Shown piece by piece: positions 1-10,266 of a stretch of DNA of 64,000 nt. Location: the IMG/VR virus record IMGVR_UViG_3300028048_000069, positions 64,001 through 128,000 of that record. The stretch is one strand, 5' to 3'. The translations under genes and the position numbers were made by a program. Within the stretch, counting starts at the first letter, position 1. Each line of letters starts with the position of its first letter. The stretch comes from a virus. Lineage: Duplodnaviria; Caudoviricetes. The notes below the pieces were generated by a model. That model made no database searches, had not been told where the DNA came from, and was given only the letters and a program-made list of their open reading frames with translations.

Positions 1-747
1 ACTTTTTCTGTGTTGGGAAGGGATAATATAACAGATATCATCGAACCTTCTGCTGGGAATGGTTCTTTTTCTTCTCAAATTAACTGCAAAGCATACGATA
101 TAGAACCTTATGGCGAAGGTATTATTAAACAAGATTTTCTAACATTAAACTTGTTTTATAAGAAGGGTAGATTAATAATTGGAAATCCGCCTTTTGGAAC
201 TAATAATTGGATGTCGGTGAAGTTTTTTAAAAAGGCTTGTACATTAGGAGATTTTATAGCATTTATACAGCCTATATCTCAATTAGATAATAATATACAG
301 ATGTATTATTTTGATTTGGTGTATTCGGAAGATTTAGGTATTGTAACATATACAGATAGAAAATTACACTGCTGTTTTAATATATATAAAAGACCTAAAT
401 GTGGTATAAATACTAAACCAAGTTATGTTCTAAAAGATATAACTATAATTGAGCATAGAAGAAAGAAGGGAAATTATCAAACAGCAGAAAATAAGGAAAT
501 ACTTCCCAATTATGATTATGCTATGTGTAATTGGGGAAATGGTAGTTTAGGTAAGGTACCTGAATTTGTTGGGCAGTATGCACAGGAAGTTTATTTTTAT
601 TGCCACAATAAGGAATTTTTGCCAAAAATGTTAGAATTATTAGAGTTCAATGCCATTAGAAAATATGTGAACTCAATAAGTATGAAGCGCATATCTGTGA
701 TGCGACTATACAAGTACCTTAAAGATAATATAGTAGGCATTAAATAG
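1..747 (+). CDS. DNA amino-methyltransferase (N6-adenine type), probably 5'-truncated by the window edge
   Basis: SAM-binding IEPSAGNGSF followed by catalytic GNPPF; the frame is open back to base 1. Confidence 0.8.
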   Translation, partial: TFSVLGRDNITDIIEPSAGNGSFSSQINCKAYDIEPYGEGIIKQDFLTLNLFYKKGRLIIGNPPFGTNNWMSVKFFKKACTLGDFIAFIQPISQLDNNIQMYYFDLVYSEDLGIVTYTDRKLHCCFNIYKRPKCGINTKPSYVLKDITIIEHRRKKGNYQTAENKEILPNYDYAMCNWGNGSLGKVPEFVGQYAQEVYFYCHNKEFLPKMLELLEFNAIRKYVNSISMKRISVMRLYKYLKDNIVGIK

Positions 748-776
748 TATAAAATTTATTTTAGTAAAATATAAAT

Positions 777-1460
777 ATGAACGATAAATGTATTTTCTTT
801 GATGTTTGCCAAACAAAAGAGCATTGTTCAGTAGATTGTATAAGGTATGCCGAAATGACATACCTTATCAATCATAGTGGTTTGCCCGCTACATTGATTA
901 AGCGCAATACATTGACACCAGATAAAGTAGATTATGATGCTTTTATGTACTTGGCTGATATTAAGGATGAAATAGTAGATTTTGTCAATAATGGAAGAAA
1001 TTTGTATATTTATTCCACTACTACTGGTAATGGTAAAACTACTTGGCTTTCAAAACTACTAAAATCTTATTTCAATCAAATTTGGGCAGGAAATGGTTTT
1101 AGAACCAGAGGCTATTATATTGACCTACCTGCATTTTTTATGGATCTAAAAGATGCTATCAATCATCCAAGCGACGATTTAGAAGAACGAAAGGAATTTC
1201 TAAAGAATGTAGATTTATTATGTGTTGATAGCATTTCTCCAATAACTGTAAGTGAATTTGAAATAAATCATTTGTCAAATATAGTTGACCATCGTATAAA
1301 CAATGGTCTGGCCACAATATATGGGTCTAATTTAGATGAAAATGGCTTATTAAGGTTCTTCGGAACGAGGTTAAAAAGTCGTATATTCAATAGTTCAGAA
1401 ATAATACGATTTCAGGGTGTTGATAGAAGGAGTCAGAAGTGGTCGACGCACAAATTTTAA
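777..1460 (+). CDS. DnaC/IstB-like AAA+ helicase loader
   Basis: N-terminal Cys cluster, Walker A TGNGKT, ending GVDRR; directly upstream of the helicase. Confidence 0.8.
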   Translation: MNDKCIFFDVCQTKEHCSVDCIRYAEMTYLINHSGLPATLIKRNTLTPDKVDYDAFMYLADIKDEIVDFVNNGRNLYIYSTTTGNGKTTWLSKLLKSYFNQIWAGNGFRTRGYYIDLPAFFMDLKDAINHPSDDLEERKEFLKNVDLLCVDSISPITVSEFEINHLSNIVDHRINNGLATIYGSNLDENGLLRFFGTRLKSRIFNSSEIIRFQGVDRRSQKWSTHKF

Positions 1461-2716
1461 GTAAAGTTTTAGATACAGGTAACATAGAAATTGTTACTCA
1501 TAATGGTCTAAATTCCGAATATTTTCCAAACTATGAGAGTGAGTTTAAATTCATATTAGACCACTATCGTCAGTATGGTGTTGTACCAGATAAAGAAACT
1601 TTTCTTTCAAAGTTTCCAGATTTTACTATTGTAAAAGTAAACGAGTCAGATACTTACCTATTAGACCAACTAAACGAAAACTTCTTGTACAATAGGATGG
1701 TTCCTATTCTAACTAAAGTACAAGACTACCTAACTAAAGAAGAAGATAGCAGAAAGGCAGTAGAATATCTTCAGCAAGAACTTCCATTTTTAACAAGTAA
1801 ATTAAGATTAGAAGCACAAGATATTGTTAAGAATGCTGATGTTCGTATTGAAGAACTTGAGAAAAGAAAAGATGGCAAGTATTTTATAACCACAGGATTT
1901 CGTGAGTTAGATAATGCTCTAATGGGTTGGCAACGCGGAGAAGATTTAGTAACAGTAATGGGTCGTACAAATGAGGGTAAGTCGTGGTGTTTATTAAAAT
2001 TTTTAGAAGCAGCATGGTTGGCTGGATACAGAGTAGGTTTATATTCAGGTGAAATGAGTGGAATACAAGTTGGGTTTAGGTTTGATACTATTTACAATAA
2101 TTTTTCAAATACTGTTTTAACTAAAGGTTCTCAAGACATTGAAGCATATAAAGAGTATGTTAAAGGGTTGAAAGAAAAAAATTCATTCTTTGTTATAACC
2201 CCAGAAGATATGGGTGGAAACTGTACAGTTACTAAACTAGAAGCATTTATCCAAAAGTATAAATTGGATATTTTAGGTGTCGACCAGTACAGTTTAATGG
2301 ATGACGAAACCTTTAAACCAGGTCAACCACTTCGTGTAAAATATGATAACATCAGCAAAGGTTTATTTCAGTTAAGTTGTAAATATCATATTCCTGTATT
2401 AGCAGCAGTACAAGCAAACAGAGCATCAGTATCAAAAGATAAAAAGAATAAGGCTGAAGGTCCAAAATTAGAGCATATTTCAGAAGCAGATGCTATTGCT
2501 CATAATAGTTCTCGTGTTATTGCTATGCGCCAAAACGAAGGTAATCTTGAATTTGAAGTGGTTAAAAACAGAATAGGTGGTCGTAATGGAAGATATATTT
2601 ATAGATGGCTGATTGATACAGGTAAGTTTGAATATGTTCCTACTTTAGCAAATAATGACAGTCAACAAGTAGAGCAAATTAAAAAACAGTTTAGAGATAA
2701 AGAGGACATATTTTAA
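1439..2716 (+). CDS. dnaB: Replicative DnaB-like SF4 helicase
   Basis: TGFRELD, Walker A GRTNEGKS, YSGEM, VDQYSLM, AVQANR, KNR motifs. Confidence 0.92.
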   Translation: MVDAQILSKVLDTGNIEIVTHNGLNSEYFPNYESEFKFILDHYRQYGVVPDKETFLSKFPDFTIVKVNESDTYLLDQLNENFLYNRMVPILTKVQDYLTKEEDSRKAVEYLQQELPFLTSKLRLEAQDIVKNADVRIEELEKRKDGKYFITTGFRELDNALMGWQRGEDLVTVMGRTNEGKSWCLLKFLEAAWLAGYRVGLYSGEMSGIQVGFRFDTIYNNFSNTVLTKGSQDIEAYKEYVKGLKEKNSFFVITPEDMGGNCTVTKLEAFIQKYKLDILGVDQYSLMDDETFKPGQPLRVKYDNISKGLFQLSCKYHIPVLAAVQANRASVSKDKKNKAEGPKLEHISEADAIAHNSSRVIAMRQNEGNLEFEVVKNRIGGRNGRYIYRWLIDTGKFEYVPTLANNDSQQVEQIKKQFRDKEDIF

Positions 2717-2723
2717 TGATAAA
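2709..2723 (+). repeat. 15-bp direct repeat TATTTTAATGATAAA, copy 1 (helicase/MTase junction)
   Basis: Identical to 3395..3409. Confidence 0.8.
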
Positions 2724-3402
2724 TTCTATTGTTAAGGGCGATTGTTTAGAAGTTCTAAACAGTATAGAAGATAATAGTATTGATTGTATTTTTACTGATG
2801 TTCCTTACAAGCAAGATTTTCATAATAGGGGAATGAGTAAAGATAGACCTAACCATATGAAAATCAAAGAATATGGTAGCGATAGCGAACTCGATTATAC
2901 AGCATTTTTTAATTTATGTATTTCTAAATTAAAGCATATAAATTTCTTTACTTTTTGTGATAAAGAAACTAAATTTGAATTTATAAAATTGGCTAAAGAA
3001 AGGGATTTTGGGTATAAGGAGTTATGCTTTTGTAAAACAAGTCCCGCGCCATTCTGTAATAATCAATGGCTACCAGATGTAGAGTATGGGATACACATAT
3101 TTAAAGATTTAGAAGTAATGGGTTCATATGAAACAAAGAGGTCATTTTTTGTAATGGTTAATTTTAAAGAGCCAAACATTGACCATCCAACCGCTAAAAA
3201 GGTTTCAGTATGCTGTCAAATTCTTAAAAATATAACGAAGGAAGGTCAGTTAGTGCTCGACCCATTTAGTGGTAGTGGAACAACCGCGATTGCTTGTAGT
3301 AGAATAAAAAGAAATTTTATTTGTATTGAAAAGAATGAAGATTATTATAAAGCAAGTTGTGAAAGATTAAAAACAGAACAATCAAAAAAGAGATTATTTT
3401 AA
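2716..3402 (+). CDS. DNA methyltransferase, N4/N6 beta class
   Basis: GDCLE, catalytic TDVPY, HPTAK, LDPFSGSGTT; ends KKRLF. Confidence 0.9.
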   Translation: MINSIVKGDCLEVLNSIEDNSIDCIFTDVPYKQDFHNRGMSKDRPNHMKIKEYGSDSELDYTAFFNLCISKLKHINFFTFCDKETKFEFIKLAKERDFGYKELCFCKTSPAPFCNNQWLPDVEYGIHIFKDLEVMGSYETKRSFFVMVNFKEPNIDHPTAKKVSVCCQILKNITKEGQLVLDPFSGSGTTAIACSRIKRNFICIEKNEDYYKASCERLKTEQSKKRLF

Positions 3403-3409
3403 TGATAAA
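3395..3409 (+). repeat. 15-bp direct repeat TATTTTAATGATAAA, copy 2 (MTase/primase junction)
   Basis: Identical to 2709..2723. Confidence 0.8.
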
Positions 3410-5309
3410 AGTAAATAATACCTATATAACAGCGAGTGTTGAAGATATAGTGGGTTTATTAAAAACCCATTTATCACTTATGGGCATCAATTTATTAAAT
3501 CAAATTCGGCCTGGAAGAGATAATATACAAGTAACTTGCCCAATACATAATAATGGGCAAGAGAGAAAACCTTCTTGTGGCATAAGAACAACAGAAGAAC
3601 AAGGTAAGGAAGTAGGTTCTGTTCACTGTTTTACTGATGACACAAAGGTAATAACATATGATGGAACAAAAAGGATAAAAGATATAGTTGGAAAAAAAGT
3701 TTTTGTATTAAATGGAAATGGATTTTGGGAACAAACTATTTTTAAGTCTTATGGTATTCAAGAACTTTATAAACTTACTTTAAGAAGAGATGGTCATTAT
3801 AAGATTATATATACAACAAGTGATCATTTATGGAAAGTTAGAAGTAGAAAAAATTTTATACCTACAAAAGAACTAATAAAAAATCAGAGGTTAGAAAAAG
3901 CTGTTCCTAATAATATATCTCTAAATATAATAGATGAAGGTATTATACATGGATTTATATTTGGAGATGGAAGTATAAATAGAGTTTATAAAGACGGTAC
4001 ATTCAAGTATAGGGTTCATTTTTTTACAAATGATAAGATGAATGTTTGTAATAAATTTTTTAAGAATTTTGAAGGAGGCGAAGGATATAAAAATTATCCA
4101 TATCCATACAAATTTGTTTCATCTAGTATTAATTATAAATCTCTTCCTATTACAAATAATTTAGATTATTTATATAGTTTTATTGTTGGGTGGTTTGCTG
4201 CAGATGGTTGTGTTTCACAAAATGGTGTGTGTTCTATTGCAAATATAGATGAAAAAAATATCGATTTTTTGGTAGATACTCTTCCAAAATTAGGTATAGC
4301 ACATTTTGGAAAAAGATTTCAAAAAAGAGAACCTAATGATACTTATATAGATAAGGAATCAATTATATGGAAACTTACATTCGCTGTAAATACATTGCCA
4401 AATAATTTTTTTGTAAGATATTCTGAAAATCCTATTAATAGAGTAAAAAAATATGATAGACTTAAATGGACAGTGCAAAAGGTTGAAAAAACAAATACAA
4501 AACAAGAAGTGTTTTGTTGCGAAACAAAATCACATACATTCACTCTAGAAGATTTTATTTTGACCCATAATTGTTTTACTTGCGGATACACAGCATCATT
4601 ACCTGTATTTATTAGTAATTGTTTTGGTAAAAGAGATGGTGGGAAATATGGTCAAAAATGGCTTTTAAAGCACTTTTCTGGTATAGATGGAGTAAGTGAT
4701 AGAAAACCGATTATAGACCTTTCTAGGGGTAAAATAAGCCAAAATACAGATAAAACCTATATAAGCGAAGAAGAACTAGAATCCTATAGATATATCCATC
4801 CCTATATGTATAAGCGCGGTTTAACAGATGAAATTATTGAAAAATACGATATTGGGTATGATAAGAATACAGATTGTATAACAATGCCTATAAGGGATGA
4901 AAGCGGAAGAACTTTATTCTTTTGTAGACGTTCGGTAAAAAGTAAATTTTTTAGTTATCCAGAAGGGGTTGAAAAACCTATTTATGGCATATATGAGTTG
5001 CCAAAAGATTGTAAGGAATTAGTAGTTTGTGAGAGTGTATTTAATGCTTTAACCTGTGTAAAGTATGGTATTAGTGCCATCGCTTTATTAGGAACTGGAA
5101 ATAAGTATCAGTATGAACAAATAAAGAGATTGCCAGTAAGAAAGATTATTTTAGGATTTGATGGTGATGATGCAGGTGATAGAGCAGCGATTAGATTTGC
5201 TCAAAATGTTACAAACAAGATTATTTGCAAATATGAAATTCCGCGCGGAAAAGATATAAACGATTTAAGTAAAGAAGAATTTTATAATTTAAAAATGGTG
5301 TCCATATGA
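3402..5309 (+). CDS. dnaG: DnaG-type primase interrupted by an intein
   Basis: CHC2 zinc finger CPIH...HCFTC (split), TOPRIM VVCESVFNA and FDGDDAG, GKDIND. Confidence 0.9.
   Translation: MIKVNNTYITASVEDIVGLLKTHLSLMGINLLNQIRPGRDNIQVTCPIHNNGQERKPSCGIRTTEEQGKEVGSVHCFTDDTKVITYDGTKRIKDIVGKKVFVLNGNGFWEQTIFKSYGIQELYKLTLRRDGHYKIIYTTSDHLWKVRSRKNFIPTKELIKNQRLEKAVPNNISLNIIDEGIIHGFIFGDGSINRVYKDGTFKYRVHFFTNDKMNVCNKFFKNFEGGEGYKNYPYPYKFVSSSINYKSLPITNNLDYLYSFIVGWFAADGCVSQNGVCSIANIDEKNIDFLVDTLPKLGIAHFGKRFQKREPNDTYIDKESIIWKLTFAVNTLPNNFFVRYSENPINRVKKYDRLKWTVQKVEKTNTKQEVFCCETKSHTFTLEDFILTHNCFTCGYTASLPVFISNCFGKRDGGKYGQKWLLKHFSGIDGVSDRKPIIDLSRGKISQNTDKTYISEEELESYRYIHPYMYKRGLTDEIIEKYDIGYDKNTDCITMPIRDESGRTLFFCRRSVKSKFFSYPEGVEKPIYGIYELPKDCKELVVCESVFNALTCVKYGISAIALLGTGNKYQYEQIKRLPVRKIILGFDGDDAGDRAAIRFAQNVTNKIICKYEIPRGKDINDLSKEEFYNLKMVSI
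3627..4571 (+). mobile_element. Intein (315 aa) with LAGLIDADG homing endonuclease
   Basis: Starts CFTDDTKV, ends FILTHN before extein Cys; block B TSDHLW; LAGLIDADG-like GFIFGDG and GWFAADG. Confidence 0.92.
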
Positions 5310-6178
5310 TAGATTTATTACAACCAATTATTAAATGGTCTGGGTCTAAAAGAAGTCAAGCATCTAAAATTGTATCTTTATTAAATGATACATATGAAAT
5401 ATATTATGAGCCATTTTGTGGTGGATGCTCAGTATTATTTTATATTTTAAATTATTGTCCAAATAGATTTAGTAAATATATTTGTTCAGATATAAATAGA
5501 GAGTTGATTGATACATTTAATATGATTAAAAATAACCCACAAGAAATTTTTAATAATTATAAAATAATGTGGAAAGAATTGAATAAAGATAATGACTTAG
5601 AACGAAAGAAAAATTATTTTAATAAAATTAGAGAAGAATTTAATAAAACAAAAGATGCCAAATTATTCTTTTTTATTATGCGAACAACAACTAATGGTAT
5701 GCCTAGATATAATTCCAATGGTGAATTTAACAATTCATTTCATGTGACAAGAAAAGGAATAAATCCAAGTAGATTAGAAACAATTTTATATCAATGGAAT
5801 AAATTATTAAATAGATTTAATGTGGAATTTTTACACTGCTCGTATGATTCTATAAAACCATCCAAATATGATTTTATGTATTTAGACCCGCCTTATGTTA
5901 ATACCAGGGGTATGTATTATGGAACCATAGATTATGATAATTTATGGAGATTTTTAAAAAACTGTGATTGCGATTATTTTTTAAGTTTAGATGGAATCGC
6001 AGGTGATGAAATTAATATTGTAGATATTCCTAAAGAATTGTACAATCAACATCTTTTATTGTATAGTGGGAATTCTTCTTTTAGAAGGGTTATAGGAAAA
6101 AATACACATGTTAGTGTTAAAGAGAGTTTATATGTTAAAACTAATAAACCTCATAAAGAACAAATAAAATTATTTTAG
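5306..6178 (+). CDS. Dam-family (D12) DNA adenine methyltransferase
   Basis: KWSGSK, YEPFCGG, SDIN, YLDPPY; ends EQIKLF. Confidence 0.9.
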   Translation: MIDLLQPIIKWSGSKRSQASKIVSLLNDTYEIYYEPFCGGCSVLFYILNYCPNRFSKYICSDINRELIDTFNMIKNNPQEIFNNYKIMWKELNKDNDLERKKNYFNKIREEFNKTKDAKLFFFIMRTTTNGMPRYNSNGEFNNSFHVTRKGINPSRLETILYQWNKLLNRFNVEFLHCSYDSIKPSKYDFMYLDPPYVNTRGMYYGTIDYDNLWRFLKNCDCDYFLSLDGIAGDEINIVDIPKELYNQHLLLYSGNSSFRRVIGKNTHVSVKESLYVKTNKPHKEQIKLF

Positions 6179-6180
6179 TG

Positions 6181-6258
6181 TATGAAATACCGCGTGGTAA
6201 AGATATTAATGATTTAACTAAAGAAGAATTTGATGGGTTAAGAAAGGTTAGAGTATAA
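6181..6258 (+). pseudogene. Orphaned duplicate of the primase 3' end (YEIPRGKDINDLTKEEFDGLRKVRV*)
   Basis: Near-identical to the primase C-terminus encoded from 5232 (YEIPRGKDINDLSKEEF); no start codon; its TAA overlaps the next ATG. Confidence 0.85.
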
Positions 6259-7028
6259 TGTCCGATATAAAATTATACAAAGGTGATTGTTTGGATGTGC
6301 TGAACACACTAGATGCTAATAGTGTTGATTTGGTTGTTACTTCACCACCTTATGATGACCTTCGTGAGTATAATTCTGTTATTGATTGGAAACAATTAGC
6401 AACCGCTTTGTACAGAGTAATAAAAGAAGGCGGAGTTGTGGTGTGGAATGTTAATGATAAAGTTATTGATGGTTCTAAATCATTGACATCTTTTAAGCAA
6501 TGTATTTTATTTAATGAAATTGGTTTTAATGTTAATGATGTTATGATTTGGAAAAAGGCTAATCCAATGCCACAAGTAAAACAGCCTAGGTATAATCAAG
6601 TATTCGAATATATGTTTATATTTTCTAAAGGAAAACCAAAAACATTCAATCCAATTATGGTAGATTGTAAATGTGCAGGTCAAAATTATGCTAGTACTTG
6701 TAAAAAGATTACTACAGGTAAAGAGCGCGAGTATAAAGAGTTTGAAATAAATAGTAAGAAGGTAGCCGATAATATTTGGGAATTTGCTATTTCTCAAAAT
6801 AAAACAGAACACCCTGCTGTTTTTCCATTGGAGTTACCTTTAAAACATATAAAATCTTGGTCGAATAAAAACGAATTAGTATTGGATCCATTTATGGGTA
6901 GCGGTACTACAGGTATTGCTTGTAAGATGCTGTTTAGAAATTTTATAGGAATAGAAATAGATGAAAACTATTTTAAATTAGCGGAGAGAAGAATATCTGA
7001 TACCTATGTTCCTACTCCATTATTTTAA
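6258..7028 (+). CDS. DNA methyltransferase, beta class (SPPY, possibly N4-cytosine)
   Basis: TSPPY, HPAVFP, LDPFMGSGTT; ends PTPLF. Confidence 0.9.
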   Translation: MSDIKLYKGDCLDVLNTLDANSVDLVVTSPPYDDLREYNSVIDWKQLATALYRVIKEGGVVVWNVNDKVIDGSKSLTSFKQCILFNEIGFNVNDVMIWKKANPMPQVKQPRYNQVFEYMFIFSKGKPKTFNPIMVDCKCAGQNYASTCKKITTGKEREYKEFEINSKKVADNIWEFAISQNKTEHPAVFPLELPLKHIKSWSNKNELVLDPFMGSGTTGIACKMLFRNFIGIEIDENYFKLAERRISDTYVPTPLF

Positions 7029-7030
7029 TT

Positions 7031-7411
7031 ATGAAAAAGCAAATAAATAATATTTTTACGGATATACCAAAAACATTACTAAATTTAATTTCTAGTGTAA
7101 TGGTCAATGGTGTAGTATATAAAAATTTAAAAGATTGGTGCGCCAATATAGTAGAAGGGGAAAATATTATTATAATAAATCCACTTAGTAGTACTAACAG
7201 AAAGGTTATTGTAAAAGAAGTAGCACTCCACGATACTCCATATTTTAAGTTTAATGAATTATATAATAACAACAATCCAATACCTATGGTAGAAATGTAT
7301 GGAGTACTTTTGGAAGAAAAAGATAAAACTGTTAAAATGGATTTATGGGATAAAGAACATAAAGTGCATTGGTCTGGATGGCTATTAAGAAGTTGGATTT
7401 TAGAGTGGTAA
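7031..7411 (+). CDS. Hypothetical protein
   Basis: 126-aa ORF tightly packed in the operon. Confidence 0.7.
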   Translation: MKKQINNIFTDIPKTLLNLISSVMVNGVVYKNLKDWCANIVEGENIIIINPLSSTNRKVIVKEVALHDTPYFKFNELYNNNNPIPMVEMYGVLLEEKDKTVKMDLWDKEHKVHWSGWLLRSWILEW

Positions 7412-7412
7412 A

Positions 7413-8132
7413 ATGGATAATATTATTTTATATAATGATGATTGTTTTAATCGGTTATCTGGGTTAAGTAATATAGATTTGATTGTTACTGACCCACCAT
7501 ATTCTTTTAAGGCTAAAAAGATAAAAGAAGGTAGTGGTGGAACAGTTAATAATCTTAAAAAATTTGATGTGAGTTTATTGAAGTTGAACGATAAGGATTT
7601 AATAAATTCATATGATATAGCAAAATTTGGAGATTTAGTTTTTAATTTGCAAAATGAAGTAAATGCTTATTTTTGGTGTAATAAAAATCAAATTCCAGAA
7701 TACCTAGATTTTTATGTAACTAAATATAAGTGTAAATTTGATATTATTTGTTGGCACAAGGTAAATGCATTACCTACATATGCGAATAAATATTTAACCG
7801 ATACCGAGTATTTATTATATTTTCACAATGGTAAGGGTAAATGTTTTCCGCAGAATTATGAAGATGCTAAAACCTATTACATAACTATGATAAACCACAA
7901 GGATAAAAAGAAGTGGGATCACCCTACAATTAAACCTTTAGATATCACAATGAAAGTAATACGAAATAGTAGCAAAGAAGGTGAGTTAGTGTTAGACCCT
8001 TTTATGGGCAGTGGTACTACTGGTTTGGCCTGTAAGATATTGGGAAGAAAGTTTATAGGTATAGAGATAGCAGAAGATTATTTTAAGATGGCTGAAGATA
8101 GAATTTTTGAAAAGAAAGGGGGTTTGTTTTAA
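7413..8132 (+). CDS. DNA methyltransferase, N4/N6 beta class
   Basis: TDPPY, HPTIKP, LDPFMGSGTT; ends KGGLF. Confidence 0.9.
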   Translation: MDNIILYNDDCFNRLSGLSNIDLIVTDPPYSFKAKKIKEGSGGTVNNLKKFDVSLLKLNDKDLINSYDIAKFGDLVFNLQNEVNAYFWCNKNQIPEYLDFYVTKYKCKFDIICWHKVNALPTYANKYLTDTEYLLYFHNGKGKCFPQNYEDAKTYYITMINHKDKKKWDHPTIKPLDITMKVIRNSSKEGELVLDPFMGSGTTGLACKILGRKFIGIEIAEDYFKMAEDRIFEKKGGLF

Positions 8133-8470
8133 TGAAGCCTACACGATACTATAGTTCTAGACAAGAAAAACAGATAGCCAAATCTATTGGTGGAAAGCAA
8201 GTTGCAAATTCAGGTGCTACTTCTTTTCATAAAGGTGATGTTAAAACAGCCGATTGGCTTATAGAGGCCAAAACAGTAACAAAGGTTAAAGATTCCTTTT
8301 CTATTAAGAAGGCTTGGCTTATAAAAAATCAAGAAGAAGCATTCGCTATGAATAGAAGATATGCTGCTCTTGCTTTTAATTTCGGGCCTGATGAAGAAAA
8401 TTATTATGTAATTAGCGAGAAACTGTTTAAAGAATTAGTAAAATATATACAAGAGGACAGGGAGGTTTAA
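8132..8470 (+). CDS. PD-(D/E)XK nuclease, Holliday junction resolvase-like
   Basis: QEK..A, NSGA...KGDV, LIEAKT motif pattern; small size. Confidence 0.7.
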   Translation: MKPTRYYSSRQEKQIAKSIGGKQVANSGATSFHKGDVKTADWLIEAKTVTKVKDSFSIKKAWLIKNQEEAFAMNRRYAALAFNFGPDEENYYVISEKLFKELVKYIQEDREV

Positions 8471-9475
8471 ATGGCAACACTTGCAGTGAAGTATAGACCC
8501 ACCACTTTTGAAGATGTGTGCGGTCAACAGAATATTATTACTATTCTTAATAATCAATTAAGCACAAAATCTTTCAAAAATGCTTACCTATTTTGCGGTC
8601 CATCAGGTTGTGGTAAAACAACAATGGCTCGTATATTTGCTAAAAAATTAAATAATGGTGGCGGTTCAATAATTGAAATAGATGCCGCTAGTAATAATGG
8701 TGTAGATGATGTTAGGCAAATTATAAAAGACGCTCAATTCTTACCATTAGATGGTTCATATAAAATATACATATTAGATGAGTGCCATTTATTTAGTACT
8801 GGTGCTTGGAATGCAATGCTTAAACTTATTGAAGAACCACCTGCTAAAACCATCTTTATTTTTTGTACTACCGACCCACAGAAAATACCTTCAACCATCA
8901 TAGGTCGTGTACAAAGGTATAACTTTACAAAAATTAGTAGTAAGCAAATTATTGATAGATTAACTTATATTTTGAAGTCCGAAAATATAAATACTTTTGA
9001 TGGTTCTTCTTTACAACTTATCGCTAGATTATCAAAGGGCGGTATGAGAGATAGCATAACCACACTTGAGAAATGCCTAGGATTTAGCAAAAACCTTACT
9101 GTAAGCAATATTACACAAGCCTTGGGGGTAGTGGGTTACGATAGTATGTTCTATGTGTTTAAAGCAATTATAGAGCATAAAACAGATGATGTTTTATCGC
9201 AGATAGAAACCCTTTATCTTAATGGGTTGGATATAAAGGTGTTTGTAGTAAGTTTTTTACAATTTGTATTGGACATTTCTAGATACATAGTAACAAAAGA
9301 TTTTTGTGTTAGTTATCTTCCAGATGATTATAAATCAAAGATAGATGGATTATCACTTAATAAAGAGCAACTAGCAAATTTAGTGGATGGGTTGGTTAAA
9401 TTAAATAGTTATATAAAGTATGAATCCAATCCATTTGTATTTGTTCAAGCATTTCTATTAAAGGTATCTATATAA
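8471..9475 (+). CDS. dnaX: Clamp loader ATPase subunit (DnaX gamma-like, no tau extension)
   Basis: KYRP, GQ, GPSGCGKTT, EIDAAS, DECH, LLKLIEEP-like motif, GGMRD. Confidence 0.92.
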   Translation: MATLAVKYRPTTFEDVCGQQNIITILNNQLSTKSFKNAYLFCGPSGCGKTTMARIFAKKLNNGGGSIIEIDAASNNGVDDVRQIIKDAQFLPLDGSYKIYILDECHLFSTGAWNAMLKLIEEPPAKTIFIFCTTDPQKIPSTIIGRVQRYNFTKISSKQIIDRLTYILKSENINTFDGSSLQLIARLSKGGMRDSITTLEKCLGFSKNLTVSNITQALGVVGYDSMFYVFKAIIEHKTDDVLSQIETLYLNGLDIKVFVVSFLQFVLDISRYIVTKDFCVSYLPDDYKSKIDGLSLNKEQLANLVDGLVKLNSYIKYESNPFVFVQAFLLKVSI

Positions 9476-10266
9476 TGATTGGTCAGAAGTTATTTGCTAC
9501 CTATTTAAGCAATTGGACTATACCGCCTCATTTTATTATTTTGAATGGGGAAGTAGGTTCTGGTCGTTCCACAATTATAGAAGAAATTAAGAAGAAATTT
9601 AAGTATAAATCGGTGTTATGCGGAACTTCTACAGAAGAAGTTAGGCAGATAGTAGATATGGCATACACTGTAGAGACACCTGTTTTTTATATATTTTACA
9701 ATGGGGAAAAATTATCATCTAACGCTAAAAATGTGTTGCTTAAAGTAGTTGAAGAACAGCCTAAAAATGCATTTTTTATAATGAGAACAGAGTCTGGTAC
9801 TATAGAAACATTAAAAAATCGTTCATTCTATTATAATATACAGCCATATTCTTCTTCGGAGTTAAAAGAGTATTTTTCTAAACAGAATAAAGAAGATGTT
9901 TATGATAATTATGGCGAAATATGTAAAAATATAGGGCAGATAAAAATATTTTTAGAGATGGATTATGAAGGGTTGATTGATTATTGTGATATGATTGTTA
10001 CAAAGATTAATCGTGCGTCACAAGGTAATGTGTTTAATATAACACGAAAGATTGATTTTGGTGATAATCCTAATGGTTGGGATGTACAACTATTTATAAA
10101 TGCTCTTGAGTGGAAGTTAAAAAATGCTTACAAAACAACCAAAGAAGATAGGTTTTTTCAAGCAATTTTTAGATTAAATTCTTTTAAGTCGCAGATTAAA
10201 ATAAATGGTGTGAATAAATCGGTCGCATTAGATAATTTTTTACTAGGGTTGAGAACATTATTATGA
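9475..10266 (+). CDS. Clamp loader delta' (HolB-like) subunit
   Basis: MIGQ start, degenerate Walker A GEVGSGRS, NVLLKVVEE, TLKNR; adjacent to dnaX. Confidence 0.75.
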   Translation: MIGQKLFATYLSNWTIPPHFIILNGEVGSGRSTIIEEIKKKFKYKSVLCGTSTEEVRQIVDMAYTVETPVFYIFYNGEKLSSNAKNVLLKVVEEQPKNAFFIMRTESGTIETLKNRSFYYNIQPYSSSELKEYFSKQNKEDVYDNYGEICKNIGQIKIFLEMDYEGLIDYCDMIVTKINRASQGNVFNITRKIDFGDNPNGWDVQLFINALEWKLKNAYKTTKEDRFFQAIFRLNSFKSQIKINGVNKSVALDNFLLGLRTLL

